Shown here in pieces: positions 1-14,579 of a stretch of DNA of 64,000 nucleotides (its first letter is position 1; every line of letters begins with the position of its first letter). Source of the stretch: the human T2T-CHM13v2.0 reference genome, Homo sapiens. The stretch is from assembly GCF_009914755.1 (NCBI RefSeq), contig NC_060931.1; one strand, given 5' to 3'. Made by a program: the position numbers and the translations under genes. The notes beneath the pieces are model-generated. The model saw only the letters and a program-made list of their open reading frames with translations, was not told where the DNA came from and ran no database searches.

Positions 1-222
1 TAAAAACAAAAATATTTCAACTGGGGAGTCCAAGTCATTCATTCATTCTGTCAGTCAGTCAATCAATCATACATTCAACAAGTATTTTTTAAGAGTATAT
101 TGTCTGTCAGACACTTGCTGGCCATGTAGCAAAACTGAAAGATAAATCACATTGTGGGAAGAGCAGATATGTTTTACATAAACCAAATAATACTGGGAAG
201 TAACACTACTTGGATAAATGAC

Positions 223-627
223 TGTATTAGGTCATTCTTGTATTGCTATAAAGAAATACCTGAGACTGGGTTATGTATAAAGAAAACAGATTTAATTGGC
301 TCACGGTTCTGCAGGCTTTACAGGTAGCATGGTGCTGGCATCTGCTTGGCTTCTGGGGAGGTTTTAGGAAGCTTACAATCATGGTGGAAGGTAAAGTGGG
401 AGCCTGCATGTCATATGGCCAGAACAGGGGCAAGAAAGGGGGGTGAGGGAGATGCCACTCTCTTTTAAATGATCGGATCACCTGAGAACTCATATCATGA
501 GGACAGCACAAAGCCATGAGGGATCCGCCCCAGTGATCTGAACACCTCTCACCAGGCCCCACTTCCAGTACTGGAAATTACAATTCAACATGAGATTTGG
601 GTGGGGACAAATATCCAAACTGTATCA
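223..627 (-). mobile_element. MaLR solo LTR, MST family (MSTA/MSTB-like)
   Basis: Begins TGTATTAG...GCTATAAAGAAATACCTGAGACTGGG and ends ACAAATATCCAAACTGTATCA; near-identical 5-bp flanks ATGAC (218-222) and GTGAC (628-632). Confidence 0.9.
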
Positions 628-1599
628 GTGACCAAACTCCTTTGGATAAAACAGAAAAAAGAAAAAAGTGAGGTAAGGGGCATCTGAAATGGATGGACTG
701 AGATAGTTATCTCTGTTGTCATGGGTCAGTTGACTCATGCACAAAGCACTTAGGTCAGAGTTTAAAATTAATTTAGATCTATACAATTCTAAATTTTTAT
801 CTAGAGACTTTTCAATTTTGCTCTTTTGTTTTTTAAGTTTTTTTTTTTTTTTTTTTAATTTTGAAACTTCGGCCACCTCCAAGTGACGAAGGGGATTACA
901 GCAATTGAAAGGCTCCTGTTAATCCTCTTAGTTTGGTTGTGGGGTGCAGCCTATGGGCCAGTACCAAAAGTGTGATCAGCTAGAGGCTGAGGGGATGTTC
1001 TAGATGTAAGACTGAGAGGAAAGAAAGCAATAGAGCACTAGATTGGACCTGGTCTAGTGTGAGGTCCAGAGTACCTCTTTTTCATTGGGTATCTGTGTGT
1101 AAGAGAAGCACAGTTGGCCCCTGTCCATAGTGAAGGTACTGTTTCTACTCTATGGAGGATTCTCTGTTCCTAGTGGTCAATGCCAGACATTTCAATTTAG
1201 ATGCTGCTAAATGAAAATATACATTAGAGGTATCTATTCATCCTACTAAGTATTTATTCTTCAATGTGAATAAAGGATCTGGAAACAATTCTGTTAATCT
1301 AATACCTCAGGTGTTGGATCTCTGAAAGAAAATGTGGGAAACCACTGAAGAGAATAATGAGAGCTGAAGATGAGTGTTATTGTAAGGTTCTGCTTTGATG
1401 GGGTAGGTTTAGGGGCCTCTAAATTGTAGAGACCACAAAAAGGAAGCTCCTAATAGAAAAATGAGGACTTAAAGGAAAGGGCACTGGATGGAAGAGCTCT
1501 GTGCTGTTCTTTGTGGAAGACCCTGTCACCAAAGTTCCCAGTGAAAAGCTCTCAGGGGGATTATGGCTATGCCTTGAGGCTGGGTGGAATTCAGATAGT

Positions 1600-2050
1600 A
1601 AGTTTTCACAAACATTTTGGGGTCCTTACTACATACTGGGTACTGTTACAGGTACCGGTGATAGTGAAGTCAACACAACAGACATGCTGTCTGTGTTAGT
1701 GGAGACTAAGGAAGATAGGCAACAAACAGATTTTTATTTCTTAATGCCTTATATAAAAATGTATAAGAATTTAAAATTCTTGTGAAGATAAGTAACTGAT
1801 TCTAAAGAAGAATAAACAGGGTGACCCTACCTAGTCCTAGAATTGGGTAAGACTTCCCAGAGTAAATGATGCCTAATCTGAGACATGAAGAATGAGGAGG
1901 AGCTATTTTGGCATAGAGCTCTGAGTCAGGACCCAAGGAATGGTTCTTTGGAGGTTGGCTCAGAGGCCGAGGGGCAACAAGAAAGCAAAGGCTGATAGGT
2001 GAGGAACAACCATGCAGGACCCTGTAGGCCCTGTAACAAGGAAATAAGAA
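1600..2050 (-). mobile_element. L2 LINE fragment(s), degraded
   Basis: CACAAACATTTTGGGGTCCTTACTACATACTGGGTACTG resembles the reverse of the L2 3' end; boundaries approximate. Confidence 0.5.
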
Positions 2051-2639
2051 AATCATCTCAAGTAGATAGATATATGGCCTTTAATCCAACTACAGAACTA
2101 AACGTGATCATTCCATAGTCCCAACAGAAGCTTTTCTACTTCTTCTCAGTCATGCCAAATGAGATAGGTAACCATGACTTTTTTGTTGTTGTTTTTATTA
2201 TTTGGAACAAAAATCAGAAATAATTTATAAACAAGAAAATAGGAGTTCCAAAGTTGAGTCATCACTAATTTAATTACATGTGCAGTAAATTCAGGATCCA
2301 TTCCTGTGTATAGCTCTATAAAGTTAATTTTCAGTTCTTCTCTTCTTATAAGAGTCAACAGACGAGGCAACTCTCCTCATTCCTGAAAAGCATGTATGAC
2401 CACTGAAATATGAGCCCTTTCCAGTGTTGCTTGGTGACAAAGCTTGTCTCTTTCTATATTTATTTAAAATTTGAAAATAAAATTGTGATGTGTGTAGGGC
2501 TTTGTGGTATAGTTTATATATGTAAGTTGCCTTGATTCATGCATTTCTGCATGTTGTCCCTCCAATTTTAAGGTGGGAACATGGAAATTTTCCCTTCTTT
2601 GTACTAAGTACAGAGAGGTGCTTACAGGTATTGATTTTA

Positions 2640-2835
2640 GAGTTGGACTGAGCTGGTTTGACCTTCTATTCCAGCTCTGACCAGCTGTGTGACTACTTCA
2701 CCATTATCAGGCTCAGGTTGTTCACTTGTGGTGTTACTTGTCTTATAGGGCCTTTGCAGGCAGTGAATGAGCTAATTAATGTTGAGGGCTTAACACAGGG
2801 TCTTGCACAATAGTAAGTGTACAATGAAAGGAGCT
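2640..2835 (+). mobile_element. MIR SINE
   Basis: Core-like CCAGCTGTGTGAC and tail GGGCTTAACACAGGGTCTTGCACAATAGTAAGTG. Confidence 0.65.
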
Positions 2836-3477
2836 GATGATTACTTTGATCACAGTTGGCTTATTCTGTTAAAAACAGGTTTTCATGACTCCTTAAAATG
2901 TTCTCAGTAGTGACGGGGAACTTAAAATTGTTGTATCAAATTGTTGAAATTGTTGCTCTTCTGGATGGCCCTATCAGATCACATTATACTGTAGTTGGTT
3001 TTTATTGGGAAGAGAAGTTCAGGCATGAGGGCCAGTTAGCATCATGTTGAGCACAACTATTGCAAATAGCAGCCCTGTGTTTTCACAACTCTCATAATAA
3101 AAAAATGTTCAGTGTGTGCCCTACTTTCCTGGTACAGCTTTAATTCAAGATAATGATACATTTGTAGTGGCTTTTCTATTTCTCGTGGTGTTTTGTTTTT
3201 TTTTTTTTTTTTTTTTCAGAGCAAATTGAGTTAAGTAGACCAGTTGTTTTCATGAACTTGCTGCCAAGTGGAAGGATTTTTTCTCTCTTTTCTATAAGGC
3301 TAGATATTTAATCTAAAACTACTGTCTCTGTGCTGGGAAGCATCCAACCTCATTACTGTTTAAATGTCTTACTGTCTTTGGAAATTCTGATGAACCCCAA
3401 TTAGTAACCCATAAACCCCCCCCCCCACCCTGTTCACTTCGTTATTTAAAATAAGGAAATATTAGTGCAAAAACATT

Positions 3478-4160
3478 TGTATCAGTGTCTAGTCAGGATA
3501 ACAGAAATTATTCTCAGCTTTTCAAACAGAGGTAATCCAATACCAAGTAATTGTTTACCGATGTGTTAAAAAGCCTGAGGGAGAGAAAAGAGTTAGTTGC
3601 TATTACCCAGAATTAGTAATTGCAGGAAGTCACTATTGCCCCTAGAGCTGGAAGGGCAAAGGGGAAAGTGGTATAAGCAGTATTATGTGGACCTTACAAG
3701 CATGTACCTGGGAGTGCTGCAGCTGCTGCTGAAACCACCTGACCTTTGCTTTGCAGGCATCCATGAGCCCACAGTCCTGCTGGTGCTACTGGACTCACTG
3801 ACAAGGTGAGCGACTGGTGCCTACAACCACTGGCTGCTGCCATAATGATGCTGGTATTGCAGAGAGGCAACCACTGGCCTGGTGCTGATTCTGCCACCGC
3901 CAAAACTCATGAGCGCTAAGATGCTAAGGCAGTTGGACACAGAAGCAGAAGAAAATTAATCATGGCTTCTTTTCTTCTCCTAACTTCCACTCTCCCACCA
4001 GTCCTTTCCTTTGGAAGACCCAACCAGAGACCAGCTAGCAAGGGGATCTGGAATAGGTACTTTACTGGCTTCAAGCCAGCAGTTTACAGGCATGCAGTCC
4101 CAGAGTAAAGTTGAAAGAGTGAGAATAGAGCTGAATGCTATCAGACAAATACCCAGCACT
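3478..4160. mobile_element. Possible ancient ERVL/MaLR-type LTR
   Basis: GC-richer block starting TGTATCAGTG and ending ...AATACCCAGCAC; family not determined. Confidence 0.35.
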
Positions 4161-4176
4161 GTATTTAGACCATTTA

Positions 4177-4501
<325 letters not shown>

Positions 4502-4628
4502 ATTGCAGAAACTGAGAGGAAGTGGCATTAACTAATGAAGGAAATTATTTTCTGAATATATATGTATATATCTGTTATACAGAAATCTAAAGAATGGGTA
4601 CAAATATTTATATTCAACTCACACCTCA

Positions 4629-5103
4629 TGTATTAGTTTCCCACTGCTACTGTAATGAACTACCACACATTTAGTGAAAAAAATAACATAAGTTTATTAT
4701 TTTGCCATTCTGTGGGTCAGTGTCACTAGGCTATAATCAAGTTATAGGTAAAGCTGCCCTGCTTTCTACAGGTATTCTCTCAAAAGAGAATTCATTTTAA
4801 TGTTTTTTTTCCAGCTTCTAGATAGAAGTTCCCTACATTCTTAGGCTCATTGCAACCTATCTCCATTTTCAAGCTAGAAACTTCCTCTCATGCTGCCATC
4901 TTTATGATTCTCTGTATTGGGAAAAACTCTTTGCTTTAAATAACTCATGGTTCGATCGGGCCCACTTGGATAAGCCAGGATACTCTTCCCATGTCAAGGT
5001 CTTTAGTTTTAATCCCATCTATAAAGTCTCTTTTGACATGCAAGACAGCACTCACAGGTCCTGATCGTGGACATCTATGAAGATCATTATTCTGCTTACT
5101 ATA
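4629..5103 (-). mobile_element. MaLR solo LTR, MLT1 family
   Basis: TGTATTAGTTTCCCACTGCTACTGTAATGAACTACCAC...CATTATTCTGCTTACTATA; flanks CCTCA/TCTCA. Confidence 0.8.
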
Positions 5104-5809
5104 TCTCAGAATTTTAGACTCCTATACATCTGTAGTTATTCACTGGCTATTGTTTTCCTTAGAAATCTCAAACATGTAATCTTTAAAACAAAATTACTCT
5201 TCCAACAAATATTCTTCCCCCTTGGTTGGGGACATTGTCTTCATCTAGCAGCCTAGGCTTGAAGCTTGAGAATATTTTTCTGTAGTCCCTCATTAGATTG
5301 GGAAATCTGCTAATTTTCATTCCTAAATATATCTCCAATCTACCCCTACCCTGCACTTCTCTTACCACTCCTATATCCTGCCAAGGAAGGCAGGCATTAC
5401 CCTGAAAGTACTTCTTGATTAATGGTGCCTAGCATTGTACTAGCTGGTGGAGCCGCCGATATGCATAAGGTATCCATGTTGTCTGCTCCAATGGAATGTG
5501 CAGTCTAGCATGGAAAGTGCACATTAAACAAATAAATCTGTGGTAAATGTCCATTTCTGATCTTTCTGCTCATGGCTCCCCAGTTCCATTTTCAAAAATT
5601 GGGGTTTTAAAATTTCTGAATATTCTAAAGAGAGGACAATTTGTGTTATTTAAAAGTAATCAAAGTAAGTACTTTTTGTGCATGTGTGTCACTTTTCCCT
5701 GATTCTGAGATATAAAGATGGCAAAAAAGACTACTAAATGACATGTCAAGTATGGCAATTTAATTTTAATAAAATCCAGCTAGAATGGCTTTAGGGCTCA
5801 TCTCCATCA

Positions 5810-5956
5810 ATTGTTGTTTAAATGAGATTAAGTTGAAGATTTTAGGCCCCCACACTAGACTTAATGAATCAGAATGTCTGGAGTAGGGCCTGGGCTATGC
5901 ATTTTAAACAAGTATTCCATGAATTTTTTGTGCCCATTGACATTATGAAATTATTG
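5810..5956. mobile_element. MER5-like hAT-Charlie non-autonomous element
   Basis: GAATCAGAATGTCTGGAGTAGGGCCTGGGCTATGCATTTTAAACAAG matches the MER5 core. Confidence 0.65.
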
Positions 5957-6139
5957 AACCAATGTCAACTCATGAATAATCCCTGGATTTATAACACTGA
6001 GGCCAGAGGATGAGGAAGGTTTCATGGCTGGCTCACTGTCTGTTCTCTCCTTTTTCCGCTAGTAACTCCTGTGAATATTCTCTGTGAAGCTTCCATGGTG
6101 ACTAAATATCTCCCTAGTGCCCAGTTCACAATCAGAGTA

Positions 6140-6370
6140 ACATGCAGGAAGCACTCACTATATGCCAGACATACGGTGCTAAAGTCAGCCTTTCACGTGT
6201 TGTCATATTTAATCCTTAACACAACCTTAAGCTGGAGACACTGTTATCTTTCATTTGCAGATTAAAGATCGAACTTTAACTTCACATTTTACTACATTGC
6301 ATGGAAGAGTGCTGGGGCTTCATTCCAGGGCTTTCAAATTACAAAGCTCAAATGTGAAACTACTTCTCTG
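6140..6370 (-). mobile_element. MIR SINE
   Basis: GCACTCACTATATGCCAGACA...TTTAATCCTTAACACAACC...CATTTGCAGAT. Confidence 0.65.
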
Positions 6371-6694
6371 AGAATTGACTATTATTCCCTCTCTGTGCCA
6401 CCATGAAAATTTTCATATTCTTTTATTACAGAATAATGGCATTTAAATTGTTGATTCACATATCTGTTCTCCTTTCTTCGATTCCCCCAGCAATAGGATC
6501 AGTGTCTTCTTTATCCAAGTAAATGATAGCCCTAAGGTGCTACAGGGTCTATGCGTTAGAAGATACTCAAAAAACTGTCCAACTGGTCATTCATTCATTC
6601 AATCTCAGCTGATTTAGAGTGGGTCAAAATGTAAATATTAAGTAAAAGTAAAATTTGGGTATATACATAATCAACAAAATTAAAAGATAAAACT

Positions 6695-6926
6695 TATATG
6701 AAAAGGTGTGCAACATCACTGATCATCAGAGAAATGCAAATCAAAACTACAATAAGATGTCATCTCACTCCAGTTAAAATGGCTTATATCCAAAAGACAG
6801 GGAATACAAAATACTGGTGAGGATGTGGAGAAAAGGGAACCCTTGTACACTGCTGGTGGGAATGTAAATTAGTACATTCACTAAAAAGAAAAGTTTGGAG
6901 GTTCCTCAAAAAACTAAAAATTAGAG
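6695..6926 (+). mobile_element. L1 (L1MA/L1PB-like) ORF2 C-terminal fragment
   Basis: CAACATCACTGATCATCAGAGAAATGCAAATCAAAACTAC...GTTCCTCAAAAAACTAAAAAT. Confidence 0.85.
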
Positions 6927-7013
6927 ACATACTCATATCTTCAGCAGTTAATTTGTATGTATAATGAACTGATATTCAGACTTTTTTTAAGTAAGAAATT
7001 AATGGTAAATACT

Positions 7014-7340
<327 letters not shown>

Positions 7341-8733
7341 TGACAATTACAAAAAACTATAAAGACGCTTTCTGAGAACCCAAAGACATCAAAAGTGTGT
7401 AAATTCAAAAGTGAAGCAAATACTTTTCAACAATTTTATCTCACGTAAACTGCAAATAATGATATAATTTGAAATCTCTTATCTTTCTTCACAGGAAGAA
7501 ATAAAAATGTGTATTTTGCTTCCCTTATCATTATGCACTTTTACTTATTTTATAATGTACTAATTCTGTTCATGGGTATGAATATTAAAATCTAATTTAT
7601 ACATCAGGCAACAAGGCACAGTAGTATTATTATCTCATTCTTTTAGGCACATGTAGTTAAGCAACACATTTCTTGTTAGAAACACATAATGGAAACAAAA
7701 CCCCATAAAAGCGACACAAGTCTATTTTAATCTTAGAATTTGAGTTCTTTAAAAAACAATAAAAATTCCTTCGTATGTATATTAAGCCATTTAATTGAAA
7801 GAGTGGAGTAATTTTCTGATATTCACATTATTATTGAAGAATATAAGAAGGGTTTCCATAATGCATACTAATAGAAGTTAATTAAATGATCAGGGTCTGG
7901 TTATCTGAATTGGCATTCAAGCGTTTATTGAAGTGTAGCTCATGTTCTTCCTGAGGATATTAAGAGCAGCAGCAGAAGCCTGCTTAAGGACTTACCCTGG
8001 GCTTTGACTTGCTAAAACATGTTCTAGAGTATCTTCAGCCTACTGACTCCTTGTTGTAGAGACATTATATATCAGCAGCTTGACTAATTGGTCTAACATT
8101 CTTGAGGTCACCCAGGGCTACTGGTCAGAATTCAAAACTTTTTATGTCCTTGTCACAAAGTTGATCATCATAACTGCATTATGGAAAGTGTGGGCCAGCA
8201 GACTATATGCCAAACACAGCTTAATTCAATAAACATTTATGGAGTTGCTGATAATTTTCTTATATCATTTATTTTATTTAATATTTCTGTACTCATTCAA
8301 TTTACAAAATGCTGAGACCCAGAGGCTAAACAAACTACTCAAAGTCACAGTTAGTGAGTGAAAAATCTGAGATTTGAACACAGATCCTCAAATGTGAAAC
8401 CTGGGATTCTTTCTGCCATGTGTGAGTAGGTTCCTTTGAAAATATCCTCAGGTTACTCAGGCTCTTATTAGCTTCAAGAGACAAAAACCCCCGCGACACT
8501 TTACCTGACTTAAGCATAAAAGAATTAATTGATTGAGAGGACTCAGGGGTAGAAAATGTCTCCAGGCCTTGGCCAAGATGGGAAAGGAAATTGGGAGCTG
8601 AGGTGACTCATTGTTTATAGTCTATTTCCAAATATCTCATCTCTGCTTCTTACTTTAGTTTCATAATTTGCTGCCTTATAAAAGGGCTTTCTACACCAAT
8701 TTGTAAGTAGTGACTATCCCAGCTTTTGTGTGA

Positions 8734-8737
<4 letters not shown>

Positions 8738-8770
<33 letters not shown>
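8738..8770 (+). repeat. (GT)n microsatellite
   Basis: About 16 uninterrupted GT units. Confidence 0.97.
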
Positions 8771-8772
<2 letters not shown>

Positions 8773-10550
8773 GTGTAATAGGGCAAGAGAGGAGAGAAAA
8801 AGAGATTGGGTTGGGGAGGAGAGGGTGACAGGGTCACACATCTGTATCTCACTCAGGGAACTATGGAAAGATACACTCTGAGAAAAGTCCATGGGCAGCT
8901 CTATCAGAAGGAGATCAGAGGAGGGACAGGGAGGACATAATTAATAGAAATAATCTGCATTATTTATGCAAAGCCTTTCTCGTACAGCACTGTTAAACAC
9001 TGATAGTTAACCCCCTGGTTCTTCCACTTGATTAGGAGCCATTTTATGAATCTTAATTGGTTTCTTTATTTCAATTTAGTTATATATATACATATATGTA
9101 TATACGTGCACATGTATTTATATACACTAATATCTCCACCTCTATATAATTATATTTCAAATATGCAAATGTATGTAATTTTATTTACACAGGCATTTTA
9201 TTTCCATTAATTAACTAGGAGTCTCCTTCATCAAAGAGATATTTTGATGCTTCTTGTAGAAACACACAGTGGGAAAACATTGCCTTATTGTCATTTATAA
9301 AGTAATTACTTATGTTTATGCAACCATCACTTGGTTAATATTAGCAGGGAGAACAAGGTAGTGTGAGAAATAAGAAATGGTGCTTCTGTGAGTAGAACTT
9401 GCTTAGCTATGGTTTTCCAGCTCCTCTGATATGGTACAGTATTCTGTGTAAATATCTTTAGCAGCAAGCATGGGTGAGTGGTCTTCCTAAGAATCATCGC
9501 ACAAATAAGCATTTGTGTACAAGAGGACTCTTGGGGGAAGCATCATACTTATTTCAACTTAATATTATGTGAGATCACTAAACATTTCTTCAGTTACAGA
9601 ATCACTGGCACTTCTGCAAAAAGGCCAAACGTGCAAATGTCAAACTGATAATTACCTTCCCTTTATGTGGTAAAAGGAATATAGAAACTGTGGAAATCAT
9701 CTCATTAAAAGGTAATATTGAGTACCTTCATAAAAATCATCCTGGTTAAAAATAATTCAAAACTTTGTCTCTTACAGTTTATTATTCAGCTCCCTCACCC
9801 CATAAGTCAACCCACTAAGCACGTGGCTAAAGTGCCAGACTTATAAATACTTGAAGTTTTTGCATGTCGTTTGTGCTTTGTGAGATTGTAGAAAGTAACA
9901 GTAATGTGTGGATTTTGGGAAAAATTCTATACCCAAAATAAGGCAGTAGAAGTGTAGTCCTGATTTCAAGGGGAGAATGAGAAAGATGGGGACTACCTCT
10001 AGCTTCCACACTCCTATTGATTAGTGCTGTGACTTTGGGCGCATCTCTACATGCTTCATTTTCCTCACTGAGACACTGGGCTGGAATAGACAGTATTAGA
10101 AGTTCCCTTAGTGTGATGTCTTCATCCATAATATCTTAGAGGTATGATAGTCATATTTCTTAAAAAATAGTACATTTTGAAAAGAGATGCTGATCATTGT
10201 CGAAGGTGAGTGATGGGTAAATAGGTTTGTTATACTACTGTCTTCACTTTTGTGAATAAAAATGTTCAGAGAAACAGGGAAAGAGAAACATAGCTGCAGA
10301 GAATCGTTACAATAATATGGGAATGGTAAAAGAGTAGATTGAACTTCCTTGCATCTTCCATCCTAAAAAACATGATACGTTAGTTTATTCTAAGAAGTTA
10401 CTGCAACATAAAATGTGATATAAACGGTAGAACATAGTAGGAAATGGGAACAGAGAAGTTGGAAAAATTTCCAAGGCCCCTTGGGTCATTTTGGTTGAAA
10501 TGCTTTATCATTTTGTTATGAATGTCATATAAGACATATTCATAGTCAAG

Positions 10551-10620
10551 TTTAATGAATATACATTTAATGAATATACATTACAAGTTTCATGAATATA
10601 ATTAATGAATATACATTACA
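10551..10620 (+). repeat. Short tandem repeat of TTAATGAATATACAT (3 copies plus a partial)
   Basis: Seen directly in the sequence. Confidence 0.8.
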
Positions 10621-11269
10621 GAGATAAATGGTTCATGAATTCACCATCATTTTGGATCATGCATTATTGCTCTTTAAAGTCATTAGTTTGGAAAAGTGAG
10701 ATTTGATTATAATTTGTGACTTGCTAGCATGCCCTAACTGGGCAAAAAAAGAAGTGACCTGGATAAGGGCCAAATTTCAGAGCAAAATTTATAAATACAA
10801 TGTGGCTGATCCATAAAGTATATAGAACACAGGAGACAATCTGCAATTAACTGTAAAAGTTTGACCATGGAAATAGCAGTGTATTAACCCAAGGCTTGAG
10901 CTGTAACATTAGAGCTTGCACATATTCTAAACTCACTTTCTGCACAGCTTAGTTTCTTCTAGAGATTAGTGCAATTATTTATCTAAACAAATGTTTATTA
11001 AGAAGACAACATGCTGTTCCTGAGCTGTGTACATAGTCACTCGGGGACCTTTAAAGTCCAGGATTATTATACACTGCCATTCAAAACTGGATAGAGCCCT
11101 TTTACCCTGGGGCCACAATTGGACATTGAATCTCACATGAAAGGACAGAACCAACCTCACTGGAAACCAGAATAAAGAGGTGATCTTCCTTTTACCAAAA
11201 ACTTTAGAATCCTAAAAGTGACCTTTATATTTTTAAATATACTCCGCACATTCACTGCCAACGGCCAAG

Positions 11270-12770
11270 CTTTTGGAAATACTGTCTATACTTGTTTCCT
11301 CACCAGACTCTCGCTCCTCAACCCACCAAATCCTGCTTCTGCCTCTGCCACTTTGCATAGGTCACCCTCTCCAAGTCACCAGTGACCTTCTTGTTATTAA
11401 ACTTACTTTTACATTTCTTTGTTACTTGACTTTGAGGCAGAAATTGATGTTGTTGAGTATTCTCCTCTTTAGGGAATGTTCTTTTCTTTCTCTGCTTTTC
11501 TTTTTCTGCTTCTTGGCAATTTAAATTATGTTATCTTAGATTTCTTTGTAGATGGCTCTTTTTATTTTCCGTAGGCATTTCTCAAGATTTAGAATGAGGC
11601 TTTCTTCTCTGCTTATTCTATATATTTGTGTGGGTAATAGATAGCACCATTCCTGAAGTCTCAGTCATTATCCAGAAATTGATTTACAAATCTTCATGTT
11701 CTTGACAGATCTACCTATGAGCTTTGAGGAAATACATCAAACTCTGTATTGGACAGTATAACGTTGATGATTCTCAGACACCTCAAATTCGGCATGTTCA
11801 AAACGACAAACCTCATCTCACTCCCTGTGAAACCCAAACTGTTGCTCCTCCAATATTCTTGATCTTAGGGAATGGCATCTTCACCTGCCTGGTACTTCAT
11901 CCTAGACTCTTTCCTCTTCTTAACATTCTATTTTCAGACAAATACCAAGGTATTGGACACGTCTCTTGATTCTTTCCACCTCTTTCTATTCAGTAAAGGA
12001 CACTATAGGAGTCTGTTTTTGTACAGACTTCTATTATCTCTTTCCTAGATTGTTGTAATAGCCTCTTCTCTTAAGGTGTATCTATACAGTCTCGTTACCT
12101 AGTTCTCATCCGATCTGTTTCCCACAATTCAGAGTGGTCCTTCTATAATGCATAACTAACCATAGTATTTCTCTCATAAAAATAAAACTGCTTTCCATTT
12201 CTATTAAGATAAGGTCATGATACTTCTTTATTCCGCTTTAAATGTTTGCATAATCTGGCCCCATACCTTGCTATCCAGCCTCATCTCTTATGACTCCCCT
12301 TTGTACTTGAGGCCCTGCCTTGTAGAAATTCTTTCAGTTCTCCCAACACAGTATGCTTCTTCTTGCCTTCAGATTTTAGAATATCCCTCTGCTAGAATAC
12401 ATACATATATAGATAAGTACATAAAATCTCCTCTGCCAGGAACATTCCCCTCCTACTCCTTGACTTTTAATTGGCTTACTTCTATTTAACTTTCAGAAAT
12501 CCCTGTGTCTTTGTTCTCTTAGAGGCATTCCTGATCCTCTAAATTAGGTGAAGTTAGGAAACCATTGTAACTTGTATATCCAGGATGACAACACTTATTA
12601 TAATTGTTTAATTTCCTTTTATATGTCTGGGGTGAAGGGAGAAAGATCCTGCATGCTCTCTAAGGTAGAAATTATGCTTATTTTGCTTATGATTGTACCC
12701 CTGCTGATGCTTGGCAAAGTGCCTGACACTGTTTTTCAGCTCATCCTTGCTGAATAACTAAATGCAGAGA
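11270..12770 (+). mobile_element. L2 LINE 3' region, degraded
   Basis: Pyrimidine-rich L2 motifs (CCAAGTCACCAGTGACCTTC; CTCAGACACCTCAAATTC) ending GCAAAGTGCCTGACAC...GAATAACTAAATG. Confidence 0.7.
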
Positions 12771-14279
12771 GAAAATAAAATGTAATATTTGTCATATACT
12801 CCCAGTACCATTTGAGAGAAATAGTGGGCAAGCTATTTCAATATAGTACCAAAGGACACCTTGGCACCTAAATTTTAATTGCAAATAGAGTAGATGCTAT
12901 ACCAGTGAATTTGGGGAGAGCTATAGAGAGCCCTTTATGTGTTTGTGTCTTCCATAGTCCCTAGGATATGACTCTGCATATAATGGGCAATCAATAAATA
13001 ATTCTTGGATTAATGTTTGAATGACTTTTATTTGACTAAAGGAAGAAATTAAGCTCAATAAGCACTGCTGATTTTTTTTCTCTTTACTGAATGCAGATAT
13101 AAGATTAAGGGGAGATGTAGGAGATTTCAGGCTAAGAATAATCTTTGGGCTAATTCCTCTTTTAGCTTAATTTATTTTAATTTATCAAACTGCTTTTATT
13201 CTGTTTTTCTTTCCTAGGAGTTCCTCACTTATATCAGAAAATACTGTTAGTGCCTAGCTATTTCAACAAAGAATAAAATTTAATATAATTTATATGACCT
13301 ACACCTCATCTAAAGATAGCAATACTGGAGATATCCAACCAGGAAGGAGCAATTTTTGCTTGATAATTCCAACAAAAATTGTTTGATTTCCATTTCAATA
13401 ATGAAAATATTGATAATGGCCTGTTTATGAGATTGCATAACACTTTTGATAAAAGTAAAATTAACCTTATGGAATAATTCTTACAGATATTTTAAATGAT
13501 TCCTTTTTGTGATAAGACACTAAATATACAAATGAAAAAAGGCCATGGCAATTGTTTACAAGTTGCTGGCAGGAAGATGAGTGTGCACACAAACATGGCA
13601 GCAGAATTTCTAGAATGTGGTTGAGTACCATGTACAGTGAGGACAGAAAAAAGTTCCTTGAGTTTGCCAGTCTTCACAGAGGACATAATTTGATTGCTAA
13701 GCAGAATTTTGCTAAGAGAAGTGAGGAAGGGTGATAGAAGCAAAGAGCATGGAAAAATTAGGGAACTGTTAGAGAACAAAGTGTGAGAAAAGACTATGAG
13801 AAAGGAGAAAGAGACAAGAGAAAACCATAAGGTGAATCTGGGTAGCAAAGTAAGCATGGATCAGAGAATCAAGGCTTTGCAGATTATTTATTATAGAATT
13901 TTGCTTTTTATCCTGAAGGTGAAATGGAATCCATTGAATAATTTTGATCAGGGGAATAATATTTATTGAGTGCTGACTATACTCAAATTACTGTGAATTT
14001 ACCTGTTAACCAAATAGTGAACTCTGTGAGTAAGTGTTTATGCACACTTCTTTAAAGATGTTCCTTCTCATTGAGTTTAAAGGCCTTATTACTAGGAGTT
14101 TACATATATATATGTGACAGATGAATCTGAGAATATTACTTAAAAGATGAGGTTTGCACAGTTTTGTTGCAGTGAATTTAACTGTTTCAAACTGTGAATT
14201 CTGTAATGAAGTGTTTAAACGTTCTTCAAAGATGTCACCATATGATGGGAACTTTACACCATTGTTTTATGGGTTAACA

Positions 14280-14460
14280 CCAATAACTAATCGTAAAATA
14301 CAGATCCTGTTATCACTCTCATTGTGCAGATGAGGAAACTGAGGTACAGAAAGGTAAAGAAACAAATTACACTTCTAAAAAGTTGTAGAACCCGGTTTCA
14401 GTTCAGCAATTTGACACCAGAGTGGCTCTCTTGATTAAACCTTCTGCTATACTGTCTTTA
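14280..14460 (-). mobile_element. MIR SINE
   Basis: CATTGTGCAGATGAGGAAACTGAGGTACAGAAAGG. Confidence 0.75.
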
Positions 14461-14579
14461 TGTTTGATAGAAACATGACATAACTGAGAAGAGAGAGTAG
14501 GAAGAAGAAATTGGAGTGAGGAAAATGCCTAAGCAGGGCACAGAAACAAGATCAGACAATGGGAACACTGTGGAAAACA

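Noticed and set aside
227-562. 111-aa minus-strand ORF
   Set aside because: Lies entirely within an MST LTR; a repeat-derived reading frame.
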